Shown in pieces: positions 41,045 through 55,180 of a stretch of DNA of 64,000 nt. The stretch is taken from the NCBI GenBank assembly GCA_964016885.1, contig OZ024741.1, positions 147,250,001 through 147,314,000 on the forward strand. Reading direction: 5' to 3'. Below the pieces are notes generated by a model that did not search any database, was not told the origin of the DNA, and worked only from the letters and a program-made list of their open reading frames with translations. Each line of letters opens with the position of its first letter. Position 1 is the stretch's first letter. The translations under genes and the position numbers were made by a program. The stretch comes from Eledone cirrhosa. Lineage: Eukaryota.

Positions 41045-43130
41045 ATGTGAAACCTCTTTAAATTCTGCTTCTTTCCTATATCATGCCAAGTGTCAACCTA
41101 ACACCCGAGGCAAAATTTGGTAATAACACATTTAACAATCAATTTGCGTGAGCAAAACAGTAAATGTCTTTGCAGGGTATTTAAATTGATAATGCCCTTC
41201 TCAGGGGATGAACAGTGCCAGTTAGCATTATTTTTCTGTATTTCTAATAGAGATTGTTTTCCAGGTCCAATTCAAAATAGCAGCACTATATATAATAACT
41301 GGCACAGCCCAGATACTGATAGTGGTAATTAAGTTCTTCCCATTCAGTTTTGTTTTCAGTAGCAGTCCTATCCTATCCTATTTAGAGAGACTTCCTTTAT
41401 ATTTCCTTTAATTTTCTCATTTAGAACATTGTCAAACTCCAAAATACCCAGATATTTCTACCTACTATCCTCAGGGTCACCAATCGATTCTCCATCAGGT
41501 AGCTCAATCCCACTGCTATGTATATGCTTACCTCGCTTCATAGTCAGGGTGGCATACATTTTGACACCAAACTCAACCTGCAATACCAGTGGATAGTTTT
41601 GACCAGCAAGTCAACCTGAGATTCATTCCAGCCAAAGAGGTTCATGAAAAGTAGGTGATTGACCTTCGATCCTCTGTTGTCCATCTGATAACTAATATCT
41701 GTACCCTGTAAGTGGAATCATGGCAACCACAAAGAACAATATCATGAAGGAATCTCCTTGAAATATTCCTCTTCTTATATTGACTACACCTTAGATTTAT
41801 TTCCTGCATACTTGTTTATCTTCGACAAAGGTATGTTAGACTCTATTACATTAATAACACAGTCTGATATCCCAAACATTTTAGAACCCATGAATGTGGG
41901 ACCAAAGGCTTTCTTAAAATTTGTCCAAGCCATGCATAAATTCTTTAAATGTCTTTTGCAGTTATTAATGATCGCCTTGTTAACAGCAAGATGGTCTTTG
42001 GTTCGCTGGAAATTTTTCCTACACCCCCTTCTGCTCAACAGGTAGCATCTTATTCTGAAGCAAGTGATCATACACTTTTGCAGCAAAGATTCCAGTTAAG
42101 AGCTTCCAAAACAAATTCAAGCAAGCAATCAGCCTGTAATTTCAACTAACGGATCTTTCCTTTTATCCTTTATTATAAAAGTTATCTTTTCTTCAACCAC
42201 CCAACTTGGAACTTCTCCTTGTACAACACAATCATTTAGGTGCTTCCTTAGCTTTGAATTAACACTTTTAAATCTTCTCATCTAGAATCTTTGAATCTAA
42301 TCCAGTCCAGGAGATTCTCAGTTTTGCATTCTTTTAACTTGAACATCTTCCTTTGAAATTCTTTCCCCATCTCTGTTTTGGTTGATTAGATAAATTATAC
42401 TCATCTACATTTATCCTTTTTACATCCTTGTTATGCTTTTTTGAAATTCCCCATAAATTTGACCAACATTGTGTGGATTCTTCAACTTTAAGTGCAACAT
42501 CATCACCATTTTCCCCTAACAGTGTTCTAAAGAACATTTTCTGATTTGCAGAGAACAATTTGTTCTGTTCATATTGTTTTTGTCTATTTGTATAGCATTT
42601 ACATTACTCTATATATATTAGTGTATTTTCATGGTAAACACTTTATCTCACATAATATCGAATCTATAAGATTTTGATATTATATATTTTGAGAACAATA
42701 CCTTAACATTAATATGCGCAACCAGTTACAGCCAGTTTAAACAGAAAGAGGTGAGAGAATTCTGGCCGGATATGGCCAGTTTAAATGCTAAAGGGTTAAT
42801 TTGTTGATTCACTTCATCCATCACTATATTTAAATCTTTCAACTTTATTTTATACCTTATGTCCATATATCATTTCTCCCCTACTTTGGCCTTTTTCTAT
42901 TTTCTTCTATGCCATACATCCATTTTATCTAGACCTTTTCTGAGCTGAGTTATATCACCTTCCAAACTTATCTTCCACCAGGGTTGCTTTATGTCTTCCT
43001 TTCAGTTTGCTTAATACCTAATTGCTCACCCACCAGAAGCCCTGCAGTGCTAAATAACTTTCTCAAGTTGGTGATATCTTTGGTTTCTATATACATCATT
43101 GCATGGTTTAGTTTGGCTGTTTCACATGCT
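41045..43130 (-). mobile_element. Old R4/Dong-clade LINE fragments
   Basis: KQPWWKISLEGDITQLRK, FSANQKMFFRTL, NNCKRHLKNLCMAWTNFKKAF, and a 3' end EIQK..LTGTVHPLRRALSI*. Heavily decayed. Confidence 0.75.
42593..42799. mobile_element. piggyBac-like MITE inserted in the R4 fragment
   Basis: Ends ggccggatatggccagtttaaatgctaaagggttaa. The left end retains tagcattt. Confidence 0.55.
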
Positions 43131-43159
43131 AAACGACTTGTTTCTTCCTATTCTTCATT

Positions 43160-44010
43160 TTCATTAGCAGCGGAGGTGGATGTTTGGAAAGTACAATAAC
43201 TAGGGTAAGAACGGGATGGAAGAAGTTCAGGGAGCTACTGTCACTGCTAGCTGCAAAAGGCTTTTCCCTCAAAATGAAAGGCAGACTGTATGATGCGTGT
43301 AAACAAACAGCAATGTTACATGGTAGTGAGACCTGGGAGTGGTGTGTAGAAGACTTGTGTAGATTAGAAAGAAACGAAGCCTGCATGCTCCGATGGATGT
43401 GTAATAGTAATATACGCGAACGGCAAAGTATAAACGAATTGAGAATGAGACTGAGCATAAGAGGAATCAAATGCTGTGTGCAGGAGAGGCGGTTGTGTTG
43501 GTATGGACATGTGATGCATATGAAGGATGACAGCTGCATAAAAAGGTGCAGAGCATTAGAATTTGATGGAAACCGCGGAGTGGGGAGACCCAAGAAGACC
43601 TGGGATGAGGTGATAAAAGCTGACCTTACCCAATTGCCCTTCTCAAGGGCGATAATACATGATCATGACCTCTGGCGTCACACAGTATTACAGAAGACAC
43701 GACTTCCCACGGGTACAAGCCGAAACTGAAGCATATAGACAATATGCCCCCACCCCCTCCCACTGCAGAGTGGTCATGGAGGTGCCACGGCAAAAAAGCA
43801 CCCAGCCCACACTGTAAAGTGGACGTGTAGGCACCATGGAAAAAAAGCTCCCAGCACTCACTGTAAATGAGGTTGGTGTTAGGAAGGGCAGCCAGAATCA
43901 GTTCCTGTATGAGCAAGACAAGGTGAGCCGACTGTACATTGCCTACAACAGGACAACCTGTCTAACCCATGCTAGCGTGGAAGAACGGACGTGAAACGGT
44001 GATGCTGATG
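43160..44010 (+). mobile_element. RTE-clade LINE 3' fragment with its 3' UTR tail
   Basis: RVRTGWKKFRELLSLL...AMLHGSETW...RRLCWYGHVMHM...GRPKKTW, running straight into the aaaagcacccagcccacactgtaaagtgg tail. Confidence 0.88.
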
Positions 44011-44019
44011 ACTTTCAAT

Positions 44020-45090
44020 GTCCACACCATCAGTCACTTGATTTTCCTTCTTTTGAAATTTTTTAAAATATCTTAAAAGGCAAATTGCAATTAGCAGGTA
44101 CTGCCATGTCTATGATGAAGCATATTTTGTTCTTTTATCTATTACTAGCAGTGGTACCCGGTGTTGCATGGGATAAGGTATTTTGGAACGCGGGCCGCCT
44201 ACAGACCTAATCGTGGAAAAACTGCACACCTGGACAATATGTAAAGAAAATAAACTGAATACTCTGATGGCTGGATAATCTTTAAGATTTTCCTCGATGA
44301 ATCAGGAAAAATGCAGGTTTTCACCTAATGCGGGCCCTAGGGGATCAAGAAAATGAATTTGTTTTATGTGCATAATATGCCTTGAAATTTCGGGGAAATC
44401 AGCTAGGCGTAACGCCTCAAAAAAGCCCTGAAAAGCTGAAAAATGAAGTTTTTCACCTAATGCGGGCCCTAGGGGATCAAAAAGTTGAAATTGTTATGTG
44501 CATAACACTCCCTAAAACATAAGTAATACACATGTAAAGTTTGAAAAAAATCGGTTGGGTACTTCTCGAGTTTTAGGGATTCAAACTCACAGACACACAC
44601 ACACAGCGACAGACATCCTCAGTTTTATATATATAGATTATGATATCTGGTCTATTGGCTTTGATTTTCCTGTCAATGTGAATTGTGAAATCCCACAGTA
44701 TTATGACAATACCAATTTCTGCTACCAGATCTGGATGTGTTGATATCAATTTTCCATTGTTTCTGTTCCATAGAATTTACATATTTTCCAGTAGATGAAC
44801 TGCCCCACACAGTCATATCTGTTTTTGTTTTCAGACAGTGTTAAGGTGGTGCAGGCAGATATTAGGGGATCTACTGTTTCAGTATTTCTGCCGCAGAACC
44901 TACATTCTGAATCCCAATACATTTGCTTGATAATATTTCTGAGAAGGCATACTTGTGCAGTCAGTATGAAACTTTCTGTTTCGGCTTTCAGTTCTGAACT
45001 GTGCAGCCACTGATGGGTCTGCATTTCGTTTACACCAGCTTGCATTTTTTTAGTTAAGTTCTGGCCATGTTGAGGTATATTTTGCCATTT
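44020..45090 (-). mobile_element. R4/Dong-clade LINE 3' fragment, interrupted by a Helitron
   Basis: THQWLHSSELKAETESFIL, CRFCGRNTETVDPLISAC; ICFIIDMAVP resumes beyond the insertion. Confidence 0.75.
44145..44637 (-). mobile_element. Non-autonomous Helitron, complete
   Basis: Minus strand A|TCTATATATATAAAA...cccatgcaacaccgggtacc..CTAG|T. Internal direct repeat at ~44320 and ~44450. Confidence 0.85.
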
Positions 45091-45100
45091 ATAATAATAA

Positions 45101-48100
45101 CTAGCAGAAGAACCGCGGTGTTCTGCTAGCATTTATAGTGTCTATATTGATATACGCAAATATATATGCACATAGATATAATACGTAAATTGACAATATG
45201 CACATAAACTGAACAAAGACTGTGATACACTTACTTCTGTAATCAGTAAAGTAATCCATGATACATTTCTAAAAAAGGCGATAATGGAGATGGAAAAGCG
45301 ATGAAACTGTTGACGGAAAATGTTCATGAATCTTCACTTGAGAATGTCGATGGGAAGCTTCAAGCAGTGAACTTGAAAATAGATGCTGTTGGTATGAATG
45401 AATGAATTACATTTACCAATATGAAGAGTTGACCTTCGCTATATTGTTGTTTTACTGTATTCACATATAGACTTCTTAAGTTTTTGTAGTGTCCCTTTTC
45501 TAGTAATCAAAAAGAAACTGAAATGTACTTCAACTTAAAGAGAGTGATAGCTGTGTCACATCACTGTAGAATTTCTTTGTAGACACTTTTTTGTAACTTG
45601 TGATCATGCAATATACATCTGACCATGTGAGAAGAATTGTGTTGGTAGATATACACCTATCTTTTCAAATGTCTGCCCGTATGCCTTGTTGCATGTAAGG
45701 GCAAAGGCTGGTTTGACAGAAAATTGCTTGCAAGTAAAGGTCGAACTCTTGAGATACATGTGGTATCCTTGGGATTAGCAATCTTGTTCCAACATTGGGG
45801 CCCAATGCCACTTCAGCTTCAATTACATGATTATGTAAACTGATGATGATGTAGCGTGTACCATTGCAATGCCTGTTTAGAGGATCCAGATTTCTCAGAA
45901 GCATGATGCAACTGCCTTTCTTCAGTTTAAGTATGTGTTGGGAAGCCTGATGGTGTAAGTTTGTTGATGAACTCAATTGGATATTGCAGTTCATTATCTA
46001 CTGTATAAGAGCTTCTGTAGATTATTTCATGACCAGGGAACTGGTTGACCATGAACTCATTCACCAATCTTGCTGCATCATTTGTTGGAGTGATAATGGC
46101 TCTATTTGCAAGCCATAGTGGGTTTGTTTAGTTTCCTGGAAGATTTGTATATACAAAATCACACAGTCCAGACACATTACCATATTCCAGACAAAGTTCA
46201 TTTGGCAGAAGAATTGTGAATGCACCTACAGTTGGAACAGTTGGAATGTTATCATTTCCCACATCAAGAAGGTAGTTTGCAAACAGTCTTTCATCAGCTT
46301 GCTGCATAAGTTTACTTGTGTCATCTCTCTTTGTGAAGAAGCAAGTTGATTCAGCAGTCACATTGAGAGGAATCTTGCACTTGGAATGAAGAGTTCTACC
46401 TTTGTGAAGCAAGTGGCTGCTATTCCAGATATGGCAGTGGCAAGTGCAATTTTCTCTTTTAAATCTGAGGTAATCCAGTAGGATGTTTATGACATTGGTC
46501 TTTCCTGTACCTGCACTTGCATTCAAGCAGAAAGTTCTGCCTTCATTTTCATTTACAGAGGTGATTACAGATGTGATTACTTTGTGAAAAATAACTAGTA
46601 ATGTTGGCAGAAGTTCATTTATGTTTGCTTATAGTTGGTGTATATTGAAATCAGTTTCTGCCATAAGAACCCCGTTGATTTCTGGTATGGCAACAATAGT
46701 TGGATCTGGCCGAGGAAGTCCATAGTTGACATGAATGTCCAAGCCATCATGTTGAAGTCTTTGTTGGATCTTCTGTAGAACAATCTGCACAGTTTGCTTG
46801 GACATGACTTGCTCATGACGTTCATGCATGATATCCTCTGCAAGACAATTCTTCCATTTCTCCCAGAACTGCAGAGGGTCATTTGGCATGCTGTAGTACA
46901 ATAAAATGGTGCAGAAGATCTCTCGCAGCTGAGGACCAAGCGTAATGGATGAGGCCTCTTCCATAGCTTTGTCATTTTCTCCATCTTCATCTAACAGACC
47001 TAGTTTCCTGCATGCTTCTTGGAATGTTGGAAATTCAACTCCTTCAATTGTCCTAAAATTTTTGTATGAAGTTGACCTAGCCTTGTGATGTAGGATCATC
47101 CTGAGGTAATATAATTCAGATTGATGTCTACTGAGTGATATTGTAGGAATGTGTCCGAGAGATTCACTCATAAATTGTTGATCGCCATCCAGATGTCACT
47201 TTTTTCTTCTTTGCCACTTTTTGTTTGTCCAAGGGAAATATTTAGGAATATCAATACACAATGTTTTATGCCAGTCAATCTCTAATATTCAGTTGAAAAT
47301 ATTCCGTCAACTTAGTCATTGGCTGTCCCCTAGAAACAATACTTTCTTCCTGCCCTCACTCATACATGACCATTTGTTTCCCAGGTAAATGGCATGGCAA
47401 CTTTTCAACTGGCGGTTTTCAATGATGTAATGGAAATTTATAGATTCTCCAGAATGCTTCACTGGCTGAGATGTACCGTGCAATGATATAGGTCTCAATC
47501 TCATTTTGGGCATGGACACAATTTCCTTGATCATCCTTAATAGTGAAAGTGATCTTGTCTGATCCTTTTGTGATGTACTTATATAAGTACTTAACAGCCT
47601 TGACACTGTGCACAACCTCACAATTGATGTGGCACTGATATCTCAATGAGAGGAAAGGGTTGTATGGAACAATCCAACGATTATCAACAGTAAATTCTTG
47701 ACCTTTAAGTTGGGTTGTATGTGTGTGACCACCATGCTGTCTATCACTTCTTCTATACTCAGGAAAGGAATTTTCGGCAACAAATGTGGTTTGTCTGAAT
47801 GCCTTGGGATAACTTTTTGAGCAATGGCGTTGTTGTCCTAGCTCTTCCATACATGAGCTCATCATATTAGCTTGTGCACATGGGCCATGAATGTTGCAGG
47901 ATGTGATGATCTTATGCAGAATTGGATTGGTTTCTTTATCAGGAATCTCACAGTACACTACCTGATCAATGGCATCTGCAGTTTTGGGCTTGCTATCTTC
48001 AGCCGTTATCAGCAGAATATGAACATGAGTGACGCCTCGTTTTCTGTCACCACTCTATTGTAGCAGAATGAGCCACAACTTTTCCTAGGACATTTTTTTT

Positions 48101-48395
48101 CAGTATGTCATCCATGAGGCTGTCATACTTGATCTTGAAGACTCTTGCACAAATATCAGGATGGTCTCTAGGTTCTTCACCAGGGTGCAAACTATTTTTT
48201 ATTTCATCCCAGTTAGGGTTAGTTGTTACCGTGATGAAATAAGATGGCTTTCCCATGTGTTGAACCACAGTCATTGAATTCTGAAAGCACTCACTGTAGA
48301 AGCGAGAGGAACCATAAATTGAAGGAGGAATAACAATTCTCTGGCCTGCACTTGTTTCAGACGTTAGACTGTGACCATGCTGGGGTACCACGATT
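45101..48395 (-). mobile_element. Decayed autonomous Helitron (Rep HUH/Y2 nuclease + PIF1 helicase)
   Basis: YFITVTTNPNWDEI, KRGVTHVHILL, NIHGPC, DNRWIVPYNPFLSLRYQCHINCEV, AVKYLYKYITKG, RYISASEAFWRI, ASAGTGKT, LLRNLDP..HCNGTR, FSHGQMY. 3' hairpin and CTAG|T at 45101. Confidence 0.92.
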
Positions 48396-48780
48396 AAAGG
48401 ATTTTCTTGACCTCAATTCCAGTACATATATTTTAAAATCTAGTACTTATTTTATTGATCTCTTCTATTCTCTTTGAAACGTGTGTCTATGCATTCATAT
48501 GTATGATGGTACCCTATCGCTTGCGATGAAGATTCTTACAGCTAGGTTTCTCAAATGGAACTGCCTGAAATTAAGGTGAGAGTGTCTGAGCATTTGATAG
48601 GCACGTATAACAGAGGGTTTCAGGGTGGGACTACATTGGTTTTTCGTCTTACTGGCAGATTACACTTTTTTTTTTTACTTCAGTGGAGAGAAGAAAGGCG
48701 AAATAAAGTGTCTTGAGCTTCACTAACCTCGGAAGACGATTTGTGTGCGATATGTGTGTGTGTCTCTATATATATATATA

Positions 48781-49040
48781 TATAATTGAATATAAAAGAA
48801 AGGTAAACACAGATATATACATACATGTGTTCAAATCGTAAGGGACCAGATTCGCTAAGGTGATTGGTAGTTACCACAATTCCGGTTTGTATTTATTTCC
48901 TTGATTTATTCTTAAATTGAGTCTGGCAAACCCTATTGTCCATAGTTAGTATTCTTTTCACCTTAGCGAATCTGGTCCCTTACGATTTGAACACATATAT
49001 GTATATGTCTGTGTTTACCTTTCTTTTATATTCTATTATA
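48781..49040. repeat. Inverted repeat, ~82-bp arms with ~95-bp spacer
   Basis: 48781-48862 (…cgtaagggaccagattcgctaaggtga) is the reverse complement of 48958-49040. Confidence 0.85.
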
Positions 49041-49228
49041 ATATACGGCTCGAAAAAATCTCTTTCCTAGAGCTATTTTATTGTAAGAGACTATTTTGAG
49101 TTTCTAACTCAATATATACCTTTGATATATATATATATATATATATAAGAGAGTATTGAACACCTTGCTTGAAGCATTGTGGAATAAAAAGGTATATTTC
49201 TTTAGGTTGTTTTATATATATATATTAA

Positions 49229-49850
49229 TGCATGCACAGTATGGACCGGCCTTCGCGCATGCGAAATACGGACCAGCCTTCGCGCATGCGCAGTATGGAC
49301 CAGCCTTCGCATATGCATTTTTTGGACCAGCCTTCGCACATGTGCACTTTGGACCAGCCTTCGCACATGCGCACATCGGCCAGTCTTTGCACATGCGCCC
49401 TTCGGACCAGACTACCCACATGCGCACTTCGGACCAGACTTCGCACATGCACACTTCCAACCAGCCTTTACGCATGTGCACTTCCGAGCAGACCTCGTGC
49501 ATGCACACTTCGGACCAGCCTTCGCGCATGTGCACTTCATACCAGCCTTCACGCATGTGCAGTACGGACCAGCCTTCGCGCATGCGCACTTCTGACCAGA
49601 CTTCGCGCATGTGCACTTTGGACCAGTCCTGTGCATGCGCACTTCAGACCAGCCTTCGCACATGCACACTTCCGACCAGACTTCGCGCATACGCACTTCC
49701 GACCAGACTTCACGCATGCGCACTTCCGACCAGACTTCGCACATGCGCACTTCCGACTAGGCTTCGTGCTTGCACCATTCAAACCAGACTTCGCGCATGC
49801 GCACTTTGGACCAGACTTCATGCATGCACACTTCGGACCAGACTTCGCCT
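49229..49850. repeat. 29-30-bp GC-rich minisatellite (~21 units)
   Basis: Consensus gaccagacttcgcgcatgcgcacttc(g/c)g. Confidence 0.92.
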
Positions 49851-50135
49851 ATATATATGTCTATGTATGAATAGATATATTTGTGTGTGTGTGTCCGTTT
49901 GATGTATTATTGCATTTCATGAATTACAAAGAATTTGCAAGTTACTTCACCTGAGGAGGATTTATAATAGCTTCACTAACCTCGGAAGACGATTTGTGTG
50001 TGGTCTGGTATGTATGTGTGTGTGTATATATATATAAATATATATATATATATGTGTGTGTGTGTCTGCATCAGACATAATTTATATGCTATTACATTTA
50101 TATATATCTAATCAATGGGCGGACAACAGTGCTTT

Positions 50136-51485
50136 ATCTAAACTATAATAAAGTAAGAAGCGCGGGACTGCATACGGTTTATAATTTTTTATCCCCTTAG
50201 TAAAATAAGTTGGATTACTTTGAATAAATAATTGTTTCTACTATTGGCACAAGGCCAGCAATTACCCAGTGCATTACTGGTACTTTATTTTATCGACCCC
50301 GTAAGGATGAAAGGCAAAGTTAACCTCGGCGGGATTTGAACTCAGAATGGCAAGGGCCGTAACTCCATGCGTCAAAGCATGGCGTCCGACCCTCTACCGA
50401 TACTGCGAATCAATGAATGAATATTACATAATTTATCTATTAAATTTTGTGGCGGTTCATTAAATATATTTTATTATTTATTTAAAGATTCACTTCTTTC
50501 AAATTTTCAAATGTCAACACTTCCGGTTAGCGATCGCTTAAATAAATATTCATATATTTCTGTCACTAATTTTCTCCTAATGCAGTTTATATATAATATC
50601 GTCTTTTTTAATATATCATGGATTACGTTACTGATTACAGAAGACAGTATAACACAGTCTTCATTCAATTTCTGTGTATATTGTCCATTTTGGTTTTATT
50701 TGATGTATCATATCTACATGTATATATACTAGCGTATAATATCAATATACACACTACACATGCTAGTAGAAAACCAACCGAAGGGTGGTTTTTCTGCTAG
50801 TTATATTAAATGAGTTTTAAAAAAAAGAGTTAATAAATAAATAAAACGTTATACTTGTTTTACTCTCCCATTTCCAATTACACTGAATGCTATAATGACT
50901 GTATGTGTGTGTTTGTGTAAATGTATGTGTGAATTTATGTATGTTTGTGTGAGAGTATGTGTATTTGTGTGAATTATGTCCGTGAGTGTATATTTTTATA
51001 AGTTTGTGTTTGCGTGATTATAGTTATATACTCATAATAGTTATATACTCATACATATAGATGTATGTATGTGCATACTCATACGCGTCAGTGTGTAGAA
51101 AATCATAATCTCTCTATCTCTCTAATCACACACTCTCTCTTTCTATATATATGGTAGTTGAAGTGGTGGTGGTGGCGACGATATACCGGAAGTGCAACTT
51201 TGAAAAGAAGTCAATTTTAGATTATTTATTTTTACAAAATTATTTGTTTACGAAATTTAGTACTTAAATTATGTAATATTCATTCATTATTTATTCACTA
51301 TTTGCCTTTCATCCTTACGGGGTCGATAAAATAAAGTACCAGTAATGCACTGGGATAATTGCTGGCCTTGTGCCAAAAGTAGAAATAATTATTTATTCAA
51401 AGTAATCCAACTTATTTTACTAACTGGATTAAAAGAAATATACTGTACGCAGTCCCGCAGCCCTTGCTTTATTATAGTTTAGATT
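50136..51485. mobile_element. Fold-back / long-TIR element with SINE family 1 sequence in both arms
   Basis: 50136-50527 is an inverted, diverged match to 51183-51485. Confidence 0.65.
50595..50800 (+). mobile_element. Helitron 3'-end fragment
   Basis: Homologous to 45101-45290 in the opposite orientation. Ends with a hairpin and CTAG|T. Confidence 0.75.
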
Positions 51486-51499
51486 TACTATAATAATTA

Positions 51500-51770
51500 T
51501 AATTGTTTCTACTTTTGGCACAAGGCCAACAATTACTGGTACTTTATTTTATCGACCCCATAAGGATGAACAGCAAATAATAATTGTTTCTACATTTGTC
51601 ACAAGTCCAGCAATTTGAAGGGAAGGGGAAAGTTGACTAAATCATCCCTTGTGCATTACTGGTATTTTATTTTATTCACCCTGTAATGATGAAAGGCAAA
51701 GCTAACATCGGCAGGATTTAAACTCAGAACATTAAGGGCCGTAATTCTATGCTGTGAAGCATGTTGTCCA
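51500..51770 (-). mobile_element. Two SINE family 1 pieces
   Basis: Match to the family 1 consensus. Confidence 0.75.
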
Positions 51771-51809
51771 ATAGAGTGTCAGAGTAGACTAAAGTAGAAA
51801 CGATTATTC

Positions 51810-52050
51810 ATCTTCATCATCATCATCTTCCATGCTAGCATGGTTAGATGGTTTTGATCCATTTGATGCAGGATTGATCGGGAGGCTGTGTCTCGTTCAT
51901 ACAGAAGTGTCTCTGGCAGGTTTTCTACAGCTGGATGCCCTTCCTAACACCAACCACATTTGCAGTGTGGACTGGGAGCCTTTTTACCATGTCTCCTACA
52001 TGACCACTTTACAGTGTGGACTGGGTGCTTTTTGTTGTGTCACCAACACA
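51810..52050 (-). mobile_element. RTE-tail/SINE-tail repeat
   Basis: ccatgctagcatgg...tttctacagctggatgcccttcctaacacc. Confidence 0.75.
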
Positions 52051-53268
52051 GTGGACAGAAATTATATAACAAAATTATTATTATCATTATTAGGTTGGTC
52101 GATGGAAGAATTCCTGGATAAAACAGTTTACAGTAGTTAGTTTACTTACATCCCTTTAATTTCTGTGTTAAAATACTATCACACAGTCTACATTTTTTTA
52201 TCCTAATGTGATCAATAAAATAAAGTGCAAGTCATGTACTGGAGTTAATTTAATCTATAGCTCAACCATACAAATGTTCGCAACCTCATCCCTAACTTAG
52301 AAATATCATCATCAGAATCATCATCGCCATCAGCATCACCATCATCCTCACAATCATCATCATCTTCACCATCACCACCAGCATCAGCATCATCATCATT
52401 GCTGTCACCATCATTTTTGTTGTTGTAATAACTGTTGATATTTTTTTTTTTTTTGTTCTCTCTCTGAATTTAAATCAATAAGCTGAATGAAGACAGAAGG
52501 CTGGCAACAATGAACTATTAAGTGCTGCTATGGAATTATTCCTAAAAAGATTTTGAATTTTGATTAATAAACTATGAAATGTGATTGCCTGATGAATTTT
52601 AATAAGTCTTTTTCATTAAAACAAAAAACACAATTACCCCTGTAAAGAAACAAGCAGCATCCTCAATTAGATTTGTATAAATAATTTGAGTAATTTTTTT
52701 TTTTTTTTTTTGCTATAAAGAAAAAAAGTAAGAAAAAAACCATCTGAGAATTTAAATCTACATTGAAATCTTGTGGTGGTTATTTGTTCTACTAATCACC
52801 GTTTCCATAGTCTTCTTCTTTTCCTCTCTTTCAGATAAATATTCTTCATTGGTGTCTATAAACTGTCTATTGTGGTTTACTTATAGACATACCAAAATGT
52901 AGCACTATGTAAATCACCAACATGTTGGGTCAACAAGACTTCACTATCAAATCATGTTTCAAAGTAAAAATCTAAGAAAGTGACTTGACTTTCTGATTTT
53001 ATTCTCCAGGGCCACTTTAGAACTTGTCATTGGAAGCAACAAAAATCCAACATACACACACTACTATAACAATAAATAGTGGATGTAGCCACAGTCATTG
53101 ACCAGTACTACTACTGTAACAATATGGATATAGTTATGGCATCTTGGGCAAGTGTTTTACCTTATAAATGGAATTGGATAGTCAGAAACTGTGTGACAGA
53201 TTGTATCTATAAAACAATCTCCAGTCTTGTCATACACAGTGTCTTACTGATTCTACCTGACAATTACT

Positions 53269-53490
53269 TTAACCCTTTCTTTATCATATTTCTAATGAAA
53301 CACACCACCTATATTTATCAATTAATTTTGTAAATAATCAACAATTTGAAGGAATTTAGTAAAATAACTAACCATATTATTAAAATATTCTTCCTTAGAT
53401 TACATTTCATCTAAATATGAATACTTTAAAACTAGAGGTTTGGCATCATAGAATTGGATGGTTTGGGGTGGGTTGATACCAAAAGTGTTA
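53269..53490. mobile_element. piggyBac-like MITE
   Basis: ttaacccttt start and gataccaaaagtgtta end. Confidence 0.55.
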
Positions 53491-54399
53491 GGGGTACATG
53501 TGTCTATGGAATACTCAACCACTTACACATTAACTTGAGTGCTATGTTGATAAAATGAGTGAATCGTCATTGTCGAAAGTGATGGAGTATCTAACATTAA
53601 CTATGTATTACTCTACACCCTTCCTACATATTGGAGTGAACTATGTATGTATTTACAGATATGTAACTCATGATGGAGTCATAAGAGTACCATGATGACA
53701 TAAGATATGTTTTGGGTACTTCAAACCTGATGAAATCCATCCAATTTCCAGGTCTGAACACAGCTGATTGGGGTTGATAAAAAGTGCCACTGAAATTCTA
53801 GAGTTGATTTAACCAAATTTTCCATCTCTGAAAAATTGCTGGCCTTATGTTTAAATTAAAACCCATTAGAAAGCTATTGTTTAAAAAAGGTTCCTACATA
53901 AAATAATGATGGAAGATATTTAGATAAATATAAACAAATCATTTTGTGTCATAGAAACAGGGGCAGTTTCAGACAAGATACAAAACAGTGACCACAAAAC
54001 ACATTATTTACTTTATATTTGTATTCATTGACTCAATCAAAATAAAGGAAGTTAATCGATTTTTTTTCAAAACTTAAAATTGATTTCTCTTGTATTTACA
54101 TTGCTTTGTCTAGTAACGGGAAGTTCCCCATCCCTACACAAATAGATACAATTGCTGCTACATTATTACAACTGCAAATAGGTTGCTTTTTCACATTAAC
54201 CATTGATTGTTTTTATGTCTTTTAGAAAAGTTATTTCGATAGGAGAGATAAATATCTTGTTATCTTCTTGACCTTACTTCAACTGATTGCTTAAGCTGCA
54301 TTCAATTGCTTGTTCTCTTGTGGTTGCGTAGCTTCAATATATATGATACACTGCCCTTGTCCAATCCATGTAAAGTTGGACACAACCATCCCCCATACA

Positions 54400-55180
<781 letters not shown>

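Noticed and set aside
49156-49902. Long ORFs and CRISPR-like periodicity in the 30-bp array
   Set aside because: Contiguous tandem units with no unique spacers and no cas genes, in a eukaryotic context. The ORFs arise from a stop-free repeat.
53715-53780. CTGATGA-containing motif similar to 4290-4340
   Set aside because: No GAAA core or pairable stems, so it is not called a hammerhead.
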